Shown here: in pieces, positions 60,565 to 64,000 of the stretch
Numbering within the stretch: the stretch's first letter is position 1
Layout: each line of letters begins with the position of its first letter
DNA from: Lama guanicoe
Lineage: Eukaryota
Assembly (NCBI GenBank): GCA_013239625.1
Contig: MU053304.1
Span: 682,001-746,000, forward strand
DNA length: 64,000 bases
Reading direction: 5' to 3'
Program-made: the position numbers and the translations under genes
Notes under the pieces: model-generated
Told to the model about the DNA's origin: nothing
The model's input: only the letters and a program-made list of their open reading frames with translations
Databases searched by the model: none

Positions 60565-63500
60565 TGCTTCTAGGAAAATGGAGTGGACATACTTTTCCCT
60601 GTTCCTCCCATCAAGTACAACCAAAAACACTGGGCATTTATACAAAATAAATGAGAGACCCTGAAAGATGAAGAGATGGAGGCTGACTGGCTCGGTACCC
60701 AGGGACAAAAGGAATGAAAGGTGGTGAGTCCCCTGGGTTTTCTTTTTGCCTTAGAGAGTCCAGACTGGGAGCTGAAGAAGCCAGCAACCCAGAAATGTGA
60801 ACAGTGAAGACAAAAAAAGAAAAATACTGTCACTCCACCCTCAACCACATCAGCATGGGCGTGAGGGAGCTCAGACTTCTACCCTCACCAGGCTGTCATG
60901 AGGCACCTCAACATCCCTTGCTGGGGTGATATCAGAGAAGGCCAGGTATGGAGGGGAAATTCCATTCCTGCTGGGTGGTAATGAGGCTCCCCACCCCAAG
61001 GCCAGAGCAGAGACCATGTGGAGAGCCTGGACTTCCATCTTTACTTGGCAGTGATGGATGTCCCCCCCTGCCTCATCCTGGGATGGTGTTTGTTAGAGGA
61101 GGCCTGGCAGAAATTCAAGACCTTCATCACCCCCAGGTTTCAGCATGTTTCCATGGTGTCAGGGGAGGCCACATGAAGAGCAGTAAGGAGGCATTCCTAC
61201 TTCTTCTAGTCACTGGTGGAGGCCTAGTAGGGACTTAGAACTTCCATCCCTGTCCTGCAGAAATGAGGAGTATTCTCCCTCCTCTCCACACCAGGTGTCA
61301 ACAGAGGCCAAGTGTAGAACCTGGACTTCTACACACCTAACAGTAATGAGGAGGGGCCCCCACTTCCCCTGCCATAGCAGTGTCAGAGAAGCCAGATAAA
61401 AGAGAAGGTTTAAAAAGACAAAAGTTTCATTAGATAATATCCAAAATACCTGGGCTTAAATAAAAAATTACTTATCACACCAGGAACCAGGGTGTCGTCA
61501 AATTAAATTAAGAAACAATCAATAGATGCCAACATCAAGATAACAGAGATGCTATAATTATCTGACAAAAATTTTAAAGCAGCCATTATAAAAATGCTTC
61601 CACGAGCAATCACAAACATTCTTGAAATAAATTTAAAACCAGGAAGTCTCAAGAACATAGAAAAGGAAGAACAAAGTAAACCCAAAGTGATACAGGAAAA
61701 TGGGACACAAGAGGATGGCCATGTCCCAGGTCCAGGCGAGTCCCTGGGATGTGCCCCATCAAGTAAGGGTCCTTGGCTTCGTGCAGGAAAGAATTCAAGA
61801 GTGAGCCATAGTAGAGTGAACGTAGATTTATTCAGAGAGATACACATTCCATAGACAGAGTGCAGGCTGTCTCAGAATGCAAGAGAAAGCGACCACAAGG
61901 TGAAGGGTTGTCAGTTTTTATGGGCTTGGTAACTTCATATGCTAACAAGTGGGAGGGTTATTCCAACTATTTTGGGGAAGGGGCTGGGATTCCCAGGAAT
62001 TGAGCCATCACTCACTTTTTGACCTTTTACGGCCGGTCTCAGAACTGTCATGGCACCTGTGGGAGTGCCATATAGCATGCTAAAGTATTACAGCGAGCCT
62101 ATAATGAAGCTCAAGGTCTACTGGGCATTGCATCTTCTGCCATCTTGGTGCTAACTGCTGTGTCATTCTTTTAATGGTTGTGCCCTGCCCTCTTCCTTCC
62201 TGCCTCAAAAGCAAGCAAAAGGAAGGAAATAATAAAGAGAAGAGTAGGAATCAATGAAAAGGAAAACAGAAAAACAGCAGAGAAAATTGGTGAAACCAAA
62301 AGCTGGTTCTTTGAAAAGATTAATCAAATTGTCAAACTTCTAATAAGACTGACAAAGAAAAAGAAGACATAAATTACCTATCAGGAATGAGACAGGAACT
62401 ATCACTACAGACCCTGCAGACATCAAAAAAAATAATAGGGATTACTATGAGCATATGTACATAAATTTGACAGCTTAGATAGAAAAACACAAATCATTCC
62501 AAGTCTCTCAAATAACTTGAATAATTCTATAACTATTAAGAAAATAAATTCATAATTTAGAAGTTCCCCCCAAAGAAACCTCCAGGCCCCTATGGTTTCA
62601 CGGGAGAATTCTATCAAACTTTTAAAAAGAAAGTAACACCAATTCTACACAATATTTTCCAGGAAGCAGAAGAGGAAGGAATACTTCTTAATTCATTTTA
62701 TGAAGCTGGTATTACCCTGGTACCAAAACCAGAAAGGATAGTACCTTTATAAAAAGAAAAATAGAGACATATATTCTTTATGAATAAAGATGTAAAAATC
62801 TTAAACACTCAAGTTATAAGAAAGTGAAAAAAAATCCTTAACAAAATATTAGCAAATAGAATAGACCAATAGCTTGATATGCTAAGAAAATTATATACAA
62901 TGACCAAGTGGGGTTTGTTCCAATGATGCTAGTCTGGTTCAATATTTAAAATTTAATCATTGTAACCCACAAGATTAACAGGCTTATATGAAGAAAAAAA
63001 ATCACATGATCATAGTAATGGATGAAGAAAAAACATGACAAAATTCAAAGCCCATTCATGTCAAAAACTCTCAGAAAAATAGGAATAGAGGTGTACCTGA
63101 AAAAGAACATCTCCAGAAAACCTATAGCTAGCATTATACTTAATGGTGGAAGACTGGATGCTTTCCCTAAGATTGGGAACAAGGGAAGTATTCCTACTCT
63201 GACCATTCTTAGCGCTAGAGGTTCTAGCCAGAGCAATAGGCAAAATAAATAAATAAATAGATAGATAAATAAATAGCATACAGATTGGAAAGGAAGAAAC
63301 AGAACTGTCTCAATCTGCAGATGACATGATTGTCTATGTAGAAAATCCCAAGGAATCAACCCCCCAAAACTCCTAGAACTAAGAAGTGAGTTCAGTAAGG
63401 TCACAGGATATAAGATAAGCATACAAAAAGCAATTTCTATGTACCAGCAATGAACTTAAATTGAGATACTGAAATTAAAATTACAATACAATTTACAATT

Positions 63501-63868
63501 GCTTACACACAAAGAAATAAAATAAGAAATACTTAGGTGTAAATCTAACGAAACATATATAAGACTTGTATGCTGAGAACTGCAAAACACTAACAAAAGA
63601 AATCAAATATGATCTAAATAAATGGAAAGACATCACTTGTTCATGAATTAGAAAATCCAACATAGTTAAAAATGTCAATTTTCTCCAAATTCATATATAA
63701 GTTTAATGTAATTTCTATAAAAATCCCAGCAAGATTTTTCTGTAGATAGATACAAGACTATTCTAAAATTTATATGGAAGGGAAAAAGGAACTAGACTAG
63801 CTGAGACAATTTGGAAAAAGAAGAATACAGTGGGAGGAATTAGTCTACCTGATTTCAGGACTTATTAC
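60565..63868 (+). mobile_element. Degenerate L1 (5' region, ORF1 remnant, ORF2 RT region), antisense to ARMC9
   Basis: ETKSWFFEKINQI (ORF 62178), [10 protein letters not shown]...[10 protein letters not shown]...LDAFP (ORF 63022), gcagatgacatgattgtctatgtagaaaatcc (ADD motif region); many frameshifts. Confidence 0.9.
61688..62207 (-). mobile_element. ERV1-type solo LTR (520 bp) inserted in L1 ORF2
   Basis: TG...CA ends; TSD aaag at 61684-61687 and 62208-62211; AATAAA on minus strand at 61827-61832; removing it restores L1 aaacccaaagcaagcaaaaggaagg. Confidence 0.85.
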
Positions 63869-64000
63869 TGTAGACAAAGAATGTTGCCTGAACATTTCAA
63901 TAAACAAAGGATGTTGTGGCCATTAAGCCATCAGCCACTGTAGCCACCCCTGATGGTGCACCATAAGGGGAACTCAGGATGGAAAAAAACCCAGGGTACT
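63869..64000 (+). mobile_element. Start of another probable LTR inserted in the L1, cut by window end
   Basis: L1 similarity stops after gacttattac and a new sequence begins with TG (tgtagacaaagaatgttgcc...gggaactcaggatgg). Confidence 0.55.

Noticed and set aside
62178..63868. Potentially active L1 ORF2
   Set aside because: Broken by many stops and frameshifts and by LTR insertions.

Overview
Mammalian genomic DNA, most likely camelid (alpaca/llama/camel), judged from two tRNA-Ala-derived Vic-1-like SINEs. Two minus-strand genes lie in tandem. (1) The complete two-exon B3GNT7: coding 12262-12252 + 10290-9096 = 1206 nt, 401 aa, with a CpG-island promoter and a poly(A) signal near 7855. (2) The last six coding exons of ARMC9 (60077-59973, 51304-51189, 46236-46100, 41700-41571, 33928-33756, 32486-32464), which I spliced by hand with consistent phases and GT-AG ends. 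The rest is intronic/intergenic sequence rich in L1, L2, MIR, MaLR/ERVL and ERV1-type LTRs, hAT-type MER elements and simple repeats. I found no convincing new biological system; most long ORFs in the track are GC-rich or repeat artefacts. The most interesting observations are an intron read-through stop that could give a short ARMC9 isoform, an orphan CpG island at about 3.9-4.6 kb, LTRs nested in L1s with exact 4-bp TSDs, an internally deleted L1, a 109-bp TSD-flanked L1 tail, and a minisatellite next to an ARMC9 splice donor. Gene and repeat-family names come from my recollection of known sequences, not from a database search.
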